From Octopus bimaculoides (Eukaryota), in contig NC_069008.1 of assembly GCF_001194135.2 (NCBI RefSeq), forward strand, positions 11,720,221 to 11,784,220: DNA of 64,000 nucleotides. Reading direction: 5' to 3'. Numbering within the stretch: the stretch's first letter is position 1; each line of letters opens with the position of its first letter. Position numbers and translations under genes: made by a program. Shown piece after piece: positions 49,100 to 61,659 of this stretch. Below the pieces are notes generated by a model, which was not told where the DNA came from, did no database searches, and was given only the letters and a program-made list of their open reading frames with translations.

Positions 49100-49582
49100 A
49101 TGAGTTCTCCGCCAGAGAAGCAGAAAAAGAAGAGGGACGAGGTGAGAAAGGGAGCTGTGAAGGAGGGCAGTAGGAAGGAAAAAGAATGTAAAAAGAAAGT
49201 GGAGTTACCAGTGGAGAAAGTGTCGGAAACCCAACTGTATGAAGGTGAGATGAAGAGACTATTTATGGAGGAAGAAAAGAGAGAACTAAAAGTCCAAGAG
49301 AAAGGAAAGAAGATACGAGGAGGAGAAGGAGTATGGTATTATGTAATGTACCCAGAAAATGTGGAAACAGAGAAAATAATCAAGTTACATTCAATAGTAA
49401 GGGTAAAGGTGCCTTCATACATCTACGCGGAGGATATGAAGGCAATATTGATTGAAGAGGAAAACTATAGAAAATTGAAAGAGATGTGTGGAGATAACAT
49501 TGACCCGCCAGGAGTGAAGGTGGAATTTAAAGAGTTGCCACCAGTGGTGGAGTTAAGAGATATCGAACCACTAATGAACTAA
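49100..49582 (+). CDS. Charged, Lys/Glu-rich ORF (160 aa), in frame with the upstream ORF1
   Basis: Uninterrupted ORF separated from ORF1 only by TGA GGA. No recognisable catalytic motif. Confidence 0.5.
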   Translation: MSSPPEKQKKKRDEVRKGAVKEGSRKEKECKKKVELPVEKVSETQLYEGEMKRLFMEEEKRELKVQEKGKKIRGGEGVWYYVMYPENVETEKIIKLHSIVRVKVPSYIYAEDMKAILIEEENYRKLKEMCGDNIDPPGVKVEFKELPPVVELRDIEPLMN

Positions 49583-50009
49583 AGACAAAAAAGGTATGAA
49601 ATTAAAGGGGGAAAAAAAAAGAACAATTGTAAATAGTACATATAACGGTTCAAATGGTACTGCATGGGAGTGGGGCCCATGCGTCCATTTTTATTTTTTC
49701 ATTTTTATATAACTTTCATTTCATTTACATTCGTTTTATGTTTTTTGTCCCCACTGTGGTCTTGTCTGTCCTTGTGGTGTCCCCGTCTGTGTTTGGGGCT
49801 TTATGCCTAATAAAGAAATCGGTATTTCGTCTGTTGCTACGTACAGAGTTCAAATTCCACTGAGGTCGACTTTAATCCTTTCAAAGGTCGATAAATTAAG
49901 TACCAGTAAAACACTGAGGTCGATCTAATCGACTAGTCCCCCAAATTTCAAGGCCTCGTGCCTTCAGTAGAATGGATTAAATTATATTAGGAACTTTTAG
50001 TTCTTCACA

Positions 50010-50384
50010 CCGGAGTCATTCAAGCGCGGGAAAATACCAGCAACACCGTTTATTTAGTATGTGAACAATTAGTTCGGTCAATTTAATTGTGTTATGTGTA
50101 GTAATTACTCCCACGTTATGTTTGTAGATAGGATAGGGTGATCTACATATTTCAGGGTCGATGTTCCATCCCCTTTCATGACTGAATATTTCGTTTCATC
50201 ACAAACCATATCGTTTATTGCTTGTTCCCTAAAATGGGTTTTAATCATTAACAAATGAGAGGACAACTTTCTTAACACTGTTTTATTTCCCAGCTGACCG
50301 TCAAATCAAAAAAAAAAAAAAAAAGAATATGTTTATATTTGGATTTACCATAACAACATATTGTGTACTTTTCTACTATCCATG
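50010..50384 (+). promoter_or_regulatory. Putative ZNF4 promoter / 5' non-coding exon
   Basis: CCGGAGTCATTCA..ACACCG..TAGTATGT..AATTAGTTC..ATTTAATTGT..TCGATGTTCCATC..TTTCATCACAAAC is paralogous to the ZNF3 upstream region. Acceptor CATTTCTCAG at 50970. Confidence 0.55.
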
Positions 50385-50998
50385 GTAAACAACTCTGATT
50401 TATCAATTCTTCTTCCCGACTCAGCAATCACACCATCAAATAAGCGGCTACGTCTAAACATATTCATATTTCTTTCCCTGAGATCTATTTTACGTCGTCT
50501 TAGCGTAGAAATTATAAAGTGTTTTCGTCTGTAACAGAAGTTCTCTACCATTTCTTTTATCTATGGACCACTTTGATTACTATTTTATTCTGGTAGACCC
50601 CCCATAATCATTTAATGTTTAAAAACTAGTTTTATAGAAACTTCTTTAGAAATTATTTTGTTTTACATACATTAACTTGTGTGCGTTGAACTATGTAAAA
50701 TGTTAAAGAAAAAAAAAACCTAGCTGTTTCTTACAATACATCTAAAGCAAAATTTTTTCAGTGGCCTTTAAAATACTGAGGTGGACCCCAATTTAATATT
50801 CTATTACGGAGAGCCCTAAAAAATCTTATATAGACCCCCGGTTGATAATCACTGTGTCTGTGATAAGTAAACTATATCTTCATTGCATAATTTCTGCACA
50901 TGTAGCAGATTCCCATGATGTCCAAGTCAAGAAAACTAACCACAAGAGAATATTCTTAGACATTTCTCAGATTTTGATTAAGTACCTGAAGATTGGAT

Positions 50999-52573
50999 AT
51001 GGAAGACGTTAATCACTTGGACACTTCTGTTTTTAACCCTTTAGATTCAGTAACATGGACATACAATGATATGAAACCGTTATGTAGTGAAACGTTTATT
51101 CAACAACGATCGTTGGAAAGAAACATTCCTGACTACCGCTGTGATATTTGTTGGAAAAGCTTCTCTTCAGGAGATGAAGTTTTGACACATCAAGAAATAC
51201 ACAATAGGGAAAAATTCTATCACTGTAAAGTATGTGGAAAATGTTTTGTTTCCGATGGCGATTTGACAAAACATACAAGAAGACATACCGGAGAAAAACC
51301 CTATCACTGTGAGTTATGTGAGAAAACATTCTTTGAGAATTCTAGTCTCGTACGTCACCGAAGAATACACACGGGAGAAAAACTGTTTCACTGTGAAACG
51401 TGTGGGAAATTTTTTGTCTGTAACAGTAATTTGACCGCACACAAAAGAACCCACACTGGAGAGAAACCCTACCATTGTGAAATATGTGGAAAATCTTTCC
51501 TTGAGAATTCCGGTCTCCTACGTCACCGAAGAATACACACTGGAGAAAAACTATTTCACTGTGAAGTCTGTGGGAAACCTTTTGTCTCTAACAGTAATTT
51601 AACAACACATAAAAGAACACATACTGGAGAAAAACCTTATGGGTGTGGAATTTGTGAGAAATCTTTCTCTGATAAATCTACTCTTGTAGTTCACCAACGA
51701 ATACACTCTGGAGAAAAACTATTTCACTGTGAAGTTTGTGGCAAATCTTTTGCCACTAACAGTAATTTTATAGCACATAAAAGAATACATACAGGAGAAA
51801 GACCATATGAATGTACAATATGTGATAAATCCTTCTCTGATAATTCTAGTTTCATACATCACCGAAGAATCCACACTGGAGAGAAACCATATAATTGCGA
51901 TATATGTGGGAAATCCTTTTCTGATAATTCTAATCTTGTAGTTCATCGAAGAATACATACTGGAGAAAAACGATTTCATTGTGGTCTGTGTGGGAAGTCT
52001 TTTGTCACTAATTGTGATTTAAACAAACATAAAAGAATCCACACTGGAGAAAAGCCTTTTCATTGTGACATATGTGGTAAATCATTCTCTGATAATTCTA
52101 GTCTCTCAGTTCACCGAAGAACGCATACTGGAGAAAAACGATTCCATTGTGAAATATGTAGCAAATCGTTTATCACTAATGGTCACTTAAAGTCGCACAA
52201 AAGAATCCACACTGGAGAGAAACCTTTTCACTGTGACATCTGCGGGAAATCATTTCGTCAGAACTCTTACCTCATAGTACACCAAAGAATACATACAGGA
52301 GAAAAACCATTCCACTGTGAAATATGTGGTAAATCTTTTGTGTCTAACAGTGATTTAACAAAACATATAAGAATCCACACTGGAGAGAAACCGTATCATT
52401 GTGAAACATGTGGAAAATCTTTTGTGTCGAACAGTGATTTAAGATCACATAAAAGGACACACACCGGAGAGAAACCTTATCACTGTGAAATGTGTGGAAA
52501 ATCATTCTCTGATAAATCTACACTTGTAGTTCACCAAAGAATCCACACTGAAAATAAAACCCTACCATTATGA
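50999..52573 (+). CDS. C2H2 zinc-finger protein ZNF4 (524 aa from ATG, 17 fingers)
   Basis: Intact ORF. The track start is a TTG at 50993; the first ATG is at 50999. 17 canonical fingers. Confidence 0.95.
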   Translation: MEDVNHLDTSVFNPLDSVTWTYNDMKPLCSETFIQQRSLERNIPDYRCDICWKSFSSGDEVLTHQEIHNREKFYHCKVCGKCFVSDGDLTKHTRRHTGEKPYHCELCEKTFFENSSLVRHRRIHTGEKLFHCETCGKFFVCNSNLTAHKRTHTGEKPYHCEICGKSFLENSGLLRHRRIHTGEKLFHCEVCGKPFVSNSNLTTHKRTHTGEKPYGCGICEKSFSDKSTLVVHQRIHSGEKLFHCEVCGKSFATNSNFIAHKRIHTGERPYECTICDKSFSDNSSFIHHRRIHTGEKPYNCDICGKSFSDNSNLVVHRRIHTGEKRFHCGLCGKSFVTNCDLNKHKRIHTGEKPFHCDICGKSFSDNSSLSVHRRTHTGEKRFHCEICSKSFITNGHLKSHKRIHTGEKPFHCDICGKSFRQNSYLIVHQRIHTGEKPFHCEICGKSFVSNSDLTKHIRIHTGEKPYHCETCGKSFVSNSDLRSHKRTHTGEKPYHCEMCGKSFSDKSTLVVHQRIHTENKTLPL

Positions 52574-53720
52574 AATAATATGGGATATCATTTGTCTATA
52601 AAAGTAGCTTAACCCTAGAGCATTCACATTATTCTGTCAAAAGTGTGTATTGTATTGGCACACTGTCAGTTACAACGACAAGGGTTCCAGTTGATCTGAT
52701 TAATGGAACAGCCTGCTCATGAAATTAACATGCAAGTGGCTGAGCGCTCCACAGACACACACATCCTTAACATAGTTCTCAGGAAGATTCGGCATGATAC
52801 AGAATGTGACATGGTTGACCCTTTGAGATACAAGTACAATTCATTTTTGCTATCTGAGTGGACTGGAGCAATAGGGATTAAAGCATCTTGCTCAAGGACA
52901 CAATGCACCACCAATAATCGAACTCACGACCGTACGGTCATCAGCCAAATGCCCATAATCACTAAGCCACGTGCCTTCACTATAATATTTATTTATCCAC
53001 ATTGTTTTCAATTAATCATACATTATCTTGTAGTTTTGAGATTTTGATGAGGTAACTAAAAATTTTAGAATGATATTGTAGGGTTGGTGTGAGAGGCCAC
53101 ATCTGGCCAGTTTGAATATAAAACAGATAGAATATTTGGGACACAGACAAATATACAAAGGAGAGAAATCTTTTAACTGAAACATAAAACCTTCTCTTAT
53201 AAATCTAAACTTATGTAAAAAAAAAAAAAATAAAGACCCCTTTGGTCACTATTGACTGTGGGATTGCACCTAGAAAGTTTCCCTCTGAGGCACAAGTCCA
53301 GGCAAGGTTTATGGAAGACCAGCAGTTGCCCATGCATACCAGCCTTTCCTCTCCGTATTACAAATTTTGTTCAAGAGAAAGGCAAACTCTGATACAGCTT
53401 GACACAGGTGACATCACAACTCATTTCTACAGCTGAGTGAACTGGAGTAACATGAAATAAAGTGTTCTGCTAAAGAACACAACACACAATTGTAATCTAC
53501 TGACTGGAGGGGGACATACCACTGTGAAACATGTGGGATATCATTCTCTGAGCTCTGATCTTGTAATCCAGAAATACATCCTAGTGAAAGACCTGTTATT
53601 TGTCTTTCAAGTTCATTACAAAGACAAGATCTCATTGATTATGATTAGAAAAATGCAAAAATAAAAGGCTGTAGAAAATATGTGAAATTTGTGGAAAATT
53701 ATTCTTTTATGTGTCATGTT
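52574..53720 (+). pseudogene. Decayed zinc-finger tail of ZNF4, interrupted by a TTAA MITE and two SINE C copies
   Basis: Frameshifted (K)PYHYEI right at the end of the ORF. TGGGTYHCETCGISFSEL*..IHPSERP at ~53505-53600. Confidence 0.65.
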
Positions 53721-53836
53721 ATATATAAGTGAATACATGCAGACGAAAATACTGAGGTGATAAATTGAAAACTTAACTAGAAGTAGATAGATGAGCAAGT
53801 TTTAAGACTCAACACACTCAATGGAGAATGTTTAAT

Positions 53837-54636
53837 GAGGGAATGCTGAAAAGTTCCTGGCTGTGAGTAAAAGAAAATACCAGAGGATCAGTTAATTTTA
53901 TTCAACATATTCCTCTCTCAGATTCACACACTTATTGCAGTGGGCCTCTAGTTTCTCTAAACCCTGTAAAATAACTTGGAAGGTTAGGCTTTCATGATAT
54001 CCTTAAAGACAGGAACTTTTCAGGACACCCTCATATAAATATATATCGTCATCACCATCATCGTTTAATGGCTATCTTCCACGCATGCATGGGTAGAATG
54101 ATTGACAGGAGCTGGCCAGGTAGAAGAACTACCCTAGGCTACTGCATCTGTTTTGGCAGGGATTTTACAGCTGGATTCCCTTCCTAACACCAACCACTCC
54201 ACAGAGTGAACTCAATGCTTTTTACATGGCACTTGCACAGGCGAGGTTAGTTTTGGCATGACTTTTACAGCTGGATGCCCTTCCAAATGCCAACCACGTT
54301 ACAATGTGGACTGGATGCTTTTAACATGACACCGTCACTGGCAGGGTAACCAAGTAACTCACAAGATAAGGAATTATGAGGGGCAGGGCATTTGAGGTGG
54401 GACAAAGAAACAGAAGCAGGTGTCTTGCCACCACATATATGAGGGGTGCTGGAAAGTTCCTGGCCTTAGGTTTAAAAAAAATGCAGGAGGATCAATTGAT
54501 TATGATTCTATCCAACATATGCCCTTCTCGGATTCACACACTGCAGCAGCCCATCAGTTTTTCTAAGCCCTGTAAAAGAACTCCAACCAGGCCATTCACA
54601 ATACCCTTAAAGCCAGGAACTTTTCAGCATTCCCTC
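53837..54636. mobile_element. Two ~196-bp mariner-type MITE copies (53837-54032, 54441-54636)
   Basis: TIRs GAGGGGTGCTG(A/G)AAAGTTCCTGG / CAGGAACTTTTCAG..CCCTC in TA-rich flanks, with homologous interiors. Confidence 0.85.
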
Positions 54637-54647
54637 ATATTACATTA

Positions 54648-55230
54648 CAATATTGGGATCTTTTTTAAAACGGGGGCCACATTTTTCATTAACGAAACAC
54701 TTTGAAACTTGGAACACTGGTAGAATGTGTCATATAAAACATCTTTTTCTCTTAGTCTTCTTAAAAAAAAAAGAAATCCCTAAGTTATTCCATGTTAAAG
54801 TTGTTGTATTTCTGTAATTTCAACCAATCACTGACGTCCATTCAGCCGATATACATTAAGTGCCGACTACATAAACAAACGATTCTGAAACAATTAACCC
54901 TAACCCTAACCCTAAGGTTAGGGTTAGGGTTAAAGCAAATTTAAAATGAAAAAAGCAAATAAAACGAAGGTATGGAGATTAAATACGCTTTACATCGCTT
55001 AATCAGCAAAGGAGTAAATGTAAACAACTGAATACTTGTCAGTGATTGGTTGAAATTATCGAAATAAGACAATTTTTTACATGAAATAAATTCGAATACA
55101 AAAATATTTTTCTGTTCTATAACACAAAATAGATAAGTATACAAAGTTTGAAAGTCTTTTGGTACCAAAAACACTACGTAAAACATTAATGAAAAATGTG
55201 GCCCCCGTTTTAAAAAAGATCCCAATATTG
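54648..55230. mobile_element. Fold-back MITE with perfect 45-bp TIRs and a central inverted telomeric repeat
   Basis: TIRs at 54648-54692 and 55186-55230, with TA flanks. Inner 20-bp inverted repeat AATTTCAACCAATCACTGAC. Centre TTAACCCTAACCCTAACC-CTAA-GGTTAGGGTTAGGGTTAA (54894-54933). Confidence 0.9.
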
Positions 55231-58003
55231 TAATTAATGTATAAACGTACTCAGTCATCATCTGCAGTCTGTATCTGTCTCATGGTCTGTGTAATCAAAG
55301 ATAGTTTTATGGTGTGTCACTTGGATGGCATTGGTGAACTACAATACTGAATTAGAACAAATGCCTGAAGTTTTAACTATTGTGAACTTATTTCATTATT
55401 GTAAAGATGACAGGTTACTTGGAATTGAACTAAGGAACATAAATAGAACATCTCTCATCATTTAATAGCTGTTTTCCATGCTGGCATCAATTAGCTTGGC
55501 AGGAACTAGCAAGGCCAGGGACAACACCAGGTTCCATAGTCTGTTTTGGCATGGCTTTTACTGCTGGATGCCCTTCCTAATGCCAACCACTTTACAGAGT
55601 GTACTGGGTGCTTTTTATGTGGAACCAGCTCCAACACCAATGGCACTTTGGTTTTAGGATATCCTTTACATGGTACTTCGGTTTTAGAATAGAGCATTCT
55701 CACTAAAATCAGTGTTTAAATTAACAGTACAGAAATAAAGATATTTCTTCTGTATTCTTCAAACTTTGAAGTTTGCCAATATTCTAAAGCACAAGGTTGT
55801 AAGACTGATGCACAAAAGGCCAAATCAAACAGTAAAAATCAAAACTAGAAAGTCTGTCTGCTATAGTGTCAAAATACCAGCAAGATGACCATGTAGTAAC
55901 AGTGATATAATTGTAGAAAACCATCAAACCAATCTCTCTGCAAGCATTCATCCAAGTGGAACCACTTCATTTCTCCTCAGCGGCCAATTATGATTTTTAT
56001 TGGAATTCATTGCATAATTGGTATTTTTTATTATCTGCATGAAATTTAAAAGAATAATTACAAAAATTAAAGAGTTTATGTATATTAGATTGTATTATTT
56101 TTTATTGTTTACTTGTTTCAGTTGCTGGGCAATGGCCATGCTGGGGCACCATCTTGAAAGGTTTTGTCAAACAAATTGACACCAGTACTTTTTTTTTTTA
56201 GTCTGGTATTATCCTATCAGTCTCTTTTGCTGAACTACTAAATTACAGGGATGTAAGCCAACACTAGTCTTGTAAGTTAGTAACCCTGCTGGTGCCACAT
56301 AAAAAGCATCCAGTCCACACTGAAGTGGCTGGCATTTAGAAGGGCATCCAGCTGTAAACCCATGCCAAAACTGACCTCGCCTCTGCTGGTGTCATGTAAA
56401 AAGCACTCAGTCCACTGTGGGGTGGTTGGTGTTAGAAGGGCATCCAGCCATAAAAACCATACCAAATCAGACAATAGCCTGGGGGTAGTCTTCTACATGG
56501 TCAGCTCCTGTCAAACTCTCCAACCCATACCAGCATCGAAGGCAGTCATTAAATGATGATGTTGATGGGGAAAATAATGTTGTTTTTTTTTTACTCCCTC
56601 TCCCCCATCTTCTCCTCTCTGGACCGATTTTGGTAGATTTTGGGCGGGATGGGGGCAATATGCACTTAGAAACTATAAGAAAAGCCTTTTCAGTAAAAAA
56701 AAAAGTATTTTCAGATGAAAAGGTGTGTGATTTAAGGGAGATATGTTTTCGTTTCAAGCATATTCCATGAATAAGTTTTTGCTATTGATGAGGAGGAATA
56801 TTGAAAAACATCAATACTTGTTAGAGTGACAAAGAAACGAGGAAAGTGGTAATGGGATATGCTAAAAACAACAGCCAAATTTCCCTTTAATCACACACCT
56901 TTGCATCCGAAATTTTCTTTTTTCATCAAAGAGGCTTCTATTATAGCTTTTAAATGCGTAGTGCCCACAAAATCGATCAAAATTGGTCTGGAGATGGGGA
57001 GAGATTAATAGAAACCATTTAAAAAAAGTTGGTCCGGAACATTTCCAAGGGCACCGGGAAAACAAAAAAGAATCTGAATAATCCCCTGTCAAAACGGAGA
57101 AATTCCAACTTGTCGGTGCTACCCTATCTCCGACGTCCGCTGGCCGGTGTTTCATTTGTTCTTCGAATACATTTATTACCAGATTCTGAACATTCTTCTT
57201 AGAACCGTAACATATGCAAAGGTACCAATTTGTATTATATCTTCCAGCATTGTATTAAATCTATTAGATATAGCGTATATAAAACATTTACTAAATACCA
57301 CTACATTTAACAGCGTTTTTTTCATATCATCATATTTTATTTATTTATTATTATTATCATTTGTGGGGAGGGGAATAATTCACATATGTTCCTGAAACAG
57401 CGTATATGCAAAGAAACTAAATACATTTCGCCGTTTGTGTTTCCAAGTTAGTTTTTTAAGTTGCTGGTTGACACAAAGGCTTATGAGATTGTCTCTTGGT
57501 ATTTGAAAGACATTTGGTTAATTCAAGATATTTCCACACCGAACACTGGTATACACACACACACACACACATCTACATAAGGTAAGATATATTATTTAGT
57601 AAAAGTTGGTGAACATAAGTTACTAAAAAATGTTTGTTTATGATGAGATCGATATTAAATCCTGCACTGATTGCGAGAAATTGATAATTAAACAGATCTA
57701 ATCAATAAGGTAATAAATCAACGGCATATTTATTCATCACCATTCTCTTAACTACGATCTATAATTGTAAATCTACACTTCCTTTCAATGAGTATGTAAT
57801 CCTGTCTACTATAGACATGTACAAGGAGAGGGGGCTTGTCGATTATGTCAACTCCAGTGCTTGGCTGGTACTTAGTTAAATCAATCCCGAAATGATGAAA
57901 GGCAGAGCCAGCCCCAGCGGAATTTGAATTGAGAAAGTAAAGTCGGATGAAATGTCGCTATGCATTTTGTCCAGTGAGTTAACGACTCTTCCAGCTCGCC
58001 GCT

Positions 58004-58232
58004 TTAACCCTTTATTAGCATTCAGAGTCTTTTGTCAAATGTTAATGCTTATTTATTCACATTTTTTTTTATCAATCATGCTTTATCTCGTTGCTTCACG
58101 ATGTTGATATGATTGTTTGTTTCAAGAATGACATTGTAGCATATGTGTGAGAGGCTGGATCTGGTCAGTTTTAATGTAAAACAGGGATAATATTTTGGCC
58201 AGATATGGCCGGTTTAGATGCTAAAGTGTTCA
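58004..58232. mobile_element. piggyBac-like MITE (related copies at ~16420-16540 and ~52608-53140)
   Basis: Starts TTAACCCTTT..TAGCATT and ends ATGCTAAAGTGTTCA. Shared interior AGAATGA(C)ATTGTAG..GTGTGAGAGGC..TCTGG(C/T)CAGTTT. Confidence 0.6.
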
Positions 58233-59940
58233 TGAACTTGTAATAGTAGGATGATAAACCCTTTCAAGTGTTCCACCCTGAAAATTTATTGGCGGGGATC
58301 TTGAATAGCACGCCCAGGGTGGCCCTTCAGTTTGTCATCCCCGATCTCCTACAAAGAATACATATTGCCTACAGCAGACCCAAAAATGATTCCGCCTGTG
58401 GGGGAACCCCTCCCACTTCTAGCTATGTTACTGGTAAGTTGTAGCATGCTGGTTAATTCATAGACCATGGAATAAATAATACAGTTAACATAACTTTTAT
58501 TTACCTTTACAAGAAAAACAAGTTGTTTGACTCTGATAAATATCTGAATGTGAACATTTGAGAAGAAAGGAAAAATGCTTGCAGAAACATTCAGACTAAG
58601 GATTCAGTGCCTTTTGAATCCTGGATGTAGTCACTTCATGTGTGTGTTTGTATGTATGTGTGTGCACGCATCTGTGCGTGTATGTGTTAAGGTGTCCTGA
58701 ATACCATTTATTCTAATGGTCATTTTAATATCTGCGTATGTAATTTTATTTTAGTTATGTTTTCCTTAAATCTTTCTCTGTGTGACTTTTTGAACTAACT
58801 ATAATACATTCGTGGTGGACATAGGCAAAGTCAAAGAGCTGTGTGGGACAAGGGAAACAGAATTTTGGGTGACGTCTGATCTGTGTTAATTAATTACCAA
58901 ATAGACTAATAACATTTTAATACACATACATGTAGCAATACTAATATCCACCACCATCATCCTTTAACATTTGTTTTTCATGCTGGCATGGATTGGATGG
59001 CTTGATAGGAGCTGGTCAGCTGGAGAGTTTTCCAGGGTCCAATTATCTGTTTTGGCATGGTTTCCTATGGCTGCAGCCCTTCTTAATGCCAGCCACTTTA
59101 CAGAGCATATTGGGTGCTTTCTTATGTATGTGCTCCAACATGAAGGCATTTATGTGGCACCAGCACAAGTGCATCTTATGGCACTGGCATGAGTGCATTT
59201 TACATGACACTGGCACCTGTGTGACAAAGACCTCTCAGCTTGGAGAGGGAGTGTGGATATGGCCATAAAGGTCATACTTATAATATGTGTGGATAGCTTC
59301 GATTTTACTTACCTTGATGTGTCTTCTCAAGCAGAGCAAATTGCCACAAGTCTGGGTCCTTTGTCATCTCATCAGTGAGGCTCAGCATCGAAAGATCCTT
59401 TCTCACCACTTCATCCCATGGGTCTACCCCTTCCACGGGTTCCTTCCATAAATAGAGATCATCACTTCTCTATGGAGCTGCCCTCATCACATGACCATAC
59501 CAGCACACAATATTTATTAATGAATGACAGGAAAACAGGAATCATGTAATTGACTTCATTAGCTTTCAGGTGTTTCTGCTATATGAAGATAAATGTATGT
59601 TGGCTTTCGTAGGATTTTCGAGCGAGATCATTGCCAGTGCCCCTGGACTGGCTCCTGTGCGGGTGGCACATAAAATACACCATTTTGAGCATGGCCGTTG
59701 CCAGTACCGCCTGACTGGCCTTCGTGCGGATGACACATAAAAGCACCCACTACACTCTCGGAGTGGTTAGCGTTAGGAAGGGCATCCAGCTGTAGAAACT
59801 CTGCCAAATCAGATTGGAGGCTGGTGTAGCCATCCGGTTTCACCAGTCCTCAGTCAAATCGTCCAACCCATGCCAGCATGGAATGCGGACGTTAAACAAT
59901 AATGATGATGATGATATATATATGTATATATATATATATA

Positions 59941-59991
<51 letters not shown>

Positions 59992-61566
59992 ATTATTATT
60001 ATTCCATTTAGGCAGAGTGACACTACTAACTGGGTGTTAGAATTCAGTGTGTATATGCTTCAGAATGAAGCCTCTGTCAAGTACAGAGCAGATAAATGGG
60101 AAACTAAAATGACAAACAAGTAAGAAATATGAATTCCATTAGCTTATAGCCATTTCTGCTATAAGATGCAATGCTCTCATAGTTGAATGCTTGTACATCA
60201 CTCTATAGCTTCATCAGAGCTTTGAACTTAAAGTGCAATAATTTCTTATTCCTTTGTCATTCTAATTTCTTATTACTGCTATGTATATGTATACATGCAT
60301 ACATACATACATACATACATATATATATATTTATATTTTATTTCTTTCAGTTATTAGACTGTGGCCATGTTGGAGCATCACACTGGAGAATTTTAGTCAA
60401 ACAAGTCACCCCCAATACTTATTTTTTTTAAAGCCTGGTACTTATTCTGTTGTGGAGGCACGTGGCTTAGTGGTTAGGGTCTCAGCATCATGATCGTAAA
60501 ATTGTGGTTTCGATTCCTGGACTGGGCAACGCGTTGTGTTCTTGAGCAAAACACTTCATTTCACATTGCTCCAGTCCACTCAGCTGGCAAAAATGAGTAA
60601 CGCTGCGATGGACTGGCGTCCCGTCCAGCTGGGGAACACATACGCCATTGAAACCGGGAAACCAGGCCCATGAGCCTGGCTAGGCTTTAAAAGGGCGCAT
60701 TTATTTTTTTATTTTACTTATTCTGTTAGTCTCTTCTGCCAAGCTAGGAAGTTACAGGAATGTAAATACACCTACACCAGTTATCAAGCAGATACACACA
60801 CACATATATATACCATTATTGTCATCATCATCATTTAATGTCCATGCTGGCACAGGTTGTATGGTCTGACCAGAGCTGGCAAGATGGGGAACTGCACCAG
60901 TTTCCAATCGGATTTCACATGGTTTCTACGACTGGAAGCCCTTCTATGACTGGATGCTCTTCTATGGTTGGATGCCCTTTGGCTGGATCCCCTTTACAGA
61001 GTGTGCCGGGTGATTTTACATGGTGCCACACAGGTGCTTTTATGTGACACTGTGATAAGTGCTTTTTACATGACTCTGGCACAGAACTCTTGCAGGTCAG
61101 TCCTCACCACAAGGGAGACAGGGGCACAGGTCACAACACTTCTGTGTGAAGTATGGGGTTTCTTGAGTACATCTAGGTGCCAGGCATCTTGGTCCTTTGT
61201 TGTCTTGTCTGAAAGGTTCAGCAACCTGAGGTCGTTCTTCAGTACTTCGTCCCATGTCTTCCACTTCTACTTTGAAAGATCAGCACTTCTTTAAGGAGCT
61301 GTCAGCATCCATCTGCATCACATGACCACACCAGTGCAGTCTTCTCTCTTGCACACAGCAACTAATTCCTCTTATACCTAATTTCTCTCTCGAAGCACTA
61401 GCTCCCTGTCAAACACGTACACTTACATTACACATCCAGCAGAGCATGCTAGCCTCATTCTTCTTTAACTTTTGCATCTCCTCTGCATTTAGGGCTCACA
61501 TATATATGCACTTATATATATCATCATCATCATCATCATCGTTATCATCATTTAATGATGATGGTG

Positions 61567-61598
<32 letters not shown>

Positions 61599-61659
61599 GT
61601 ATGTACACACACACATACATTAGATAAGTTCAATTATTCCAATACAGCATTTACATCTA

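Larger units (their letters stand above)
48147..49819 (+). mobile_element. ORF1-only L1/Tx1-like retroelement inserted into a SINE A copy
   Basis: SINE halves at 48093-48146 and 49820-49985. TSD (T/C)GGTAT. T-rich 3' region ending AATAAAGAAAT. No RT or endonuclease detected. Confidence 0.7.
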
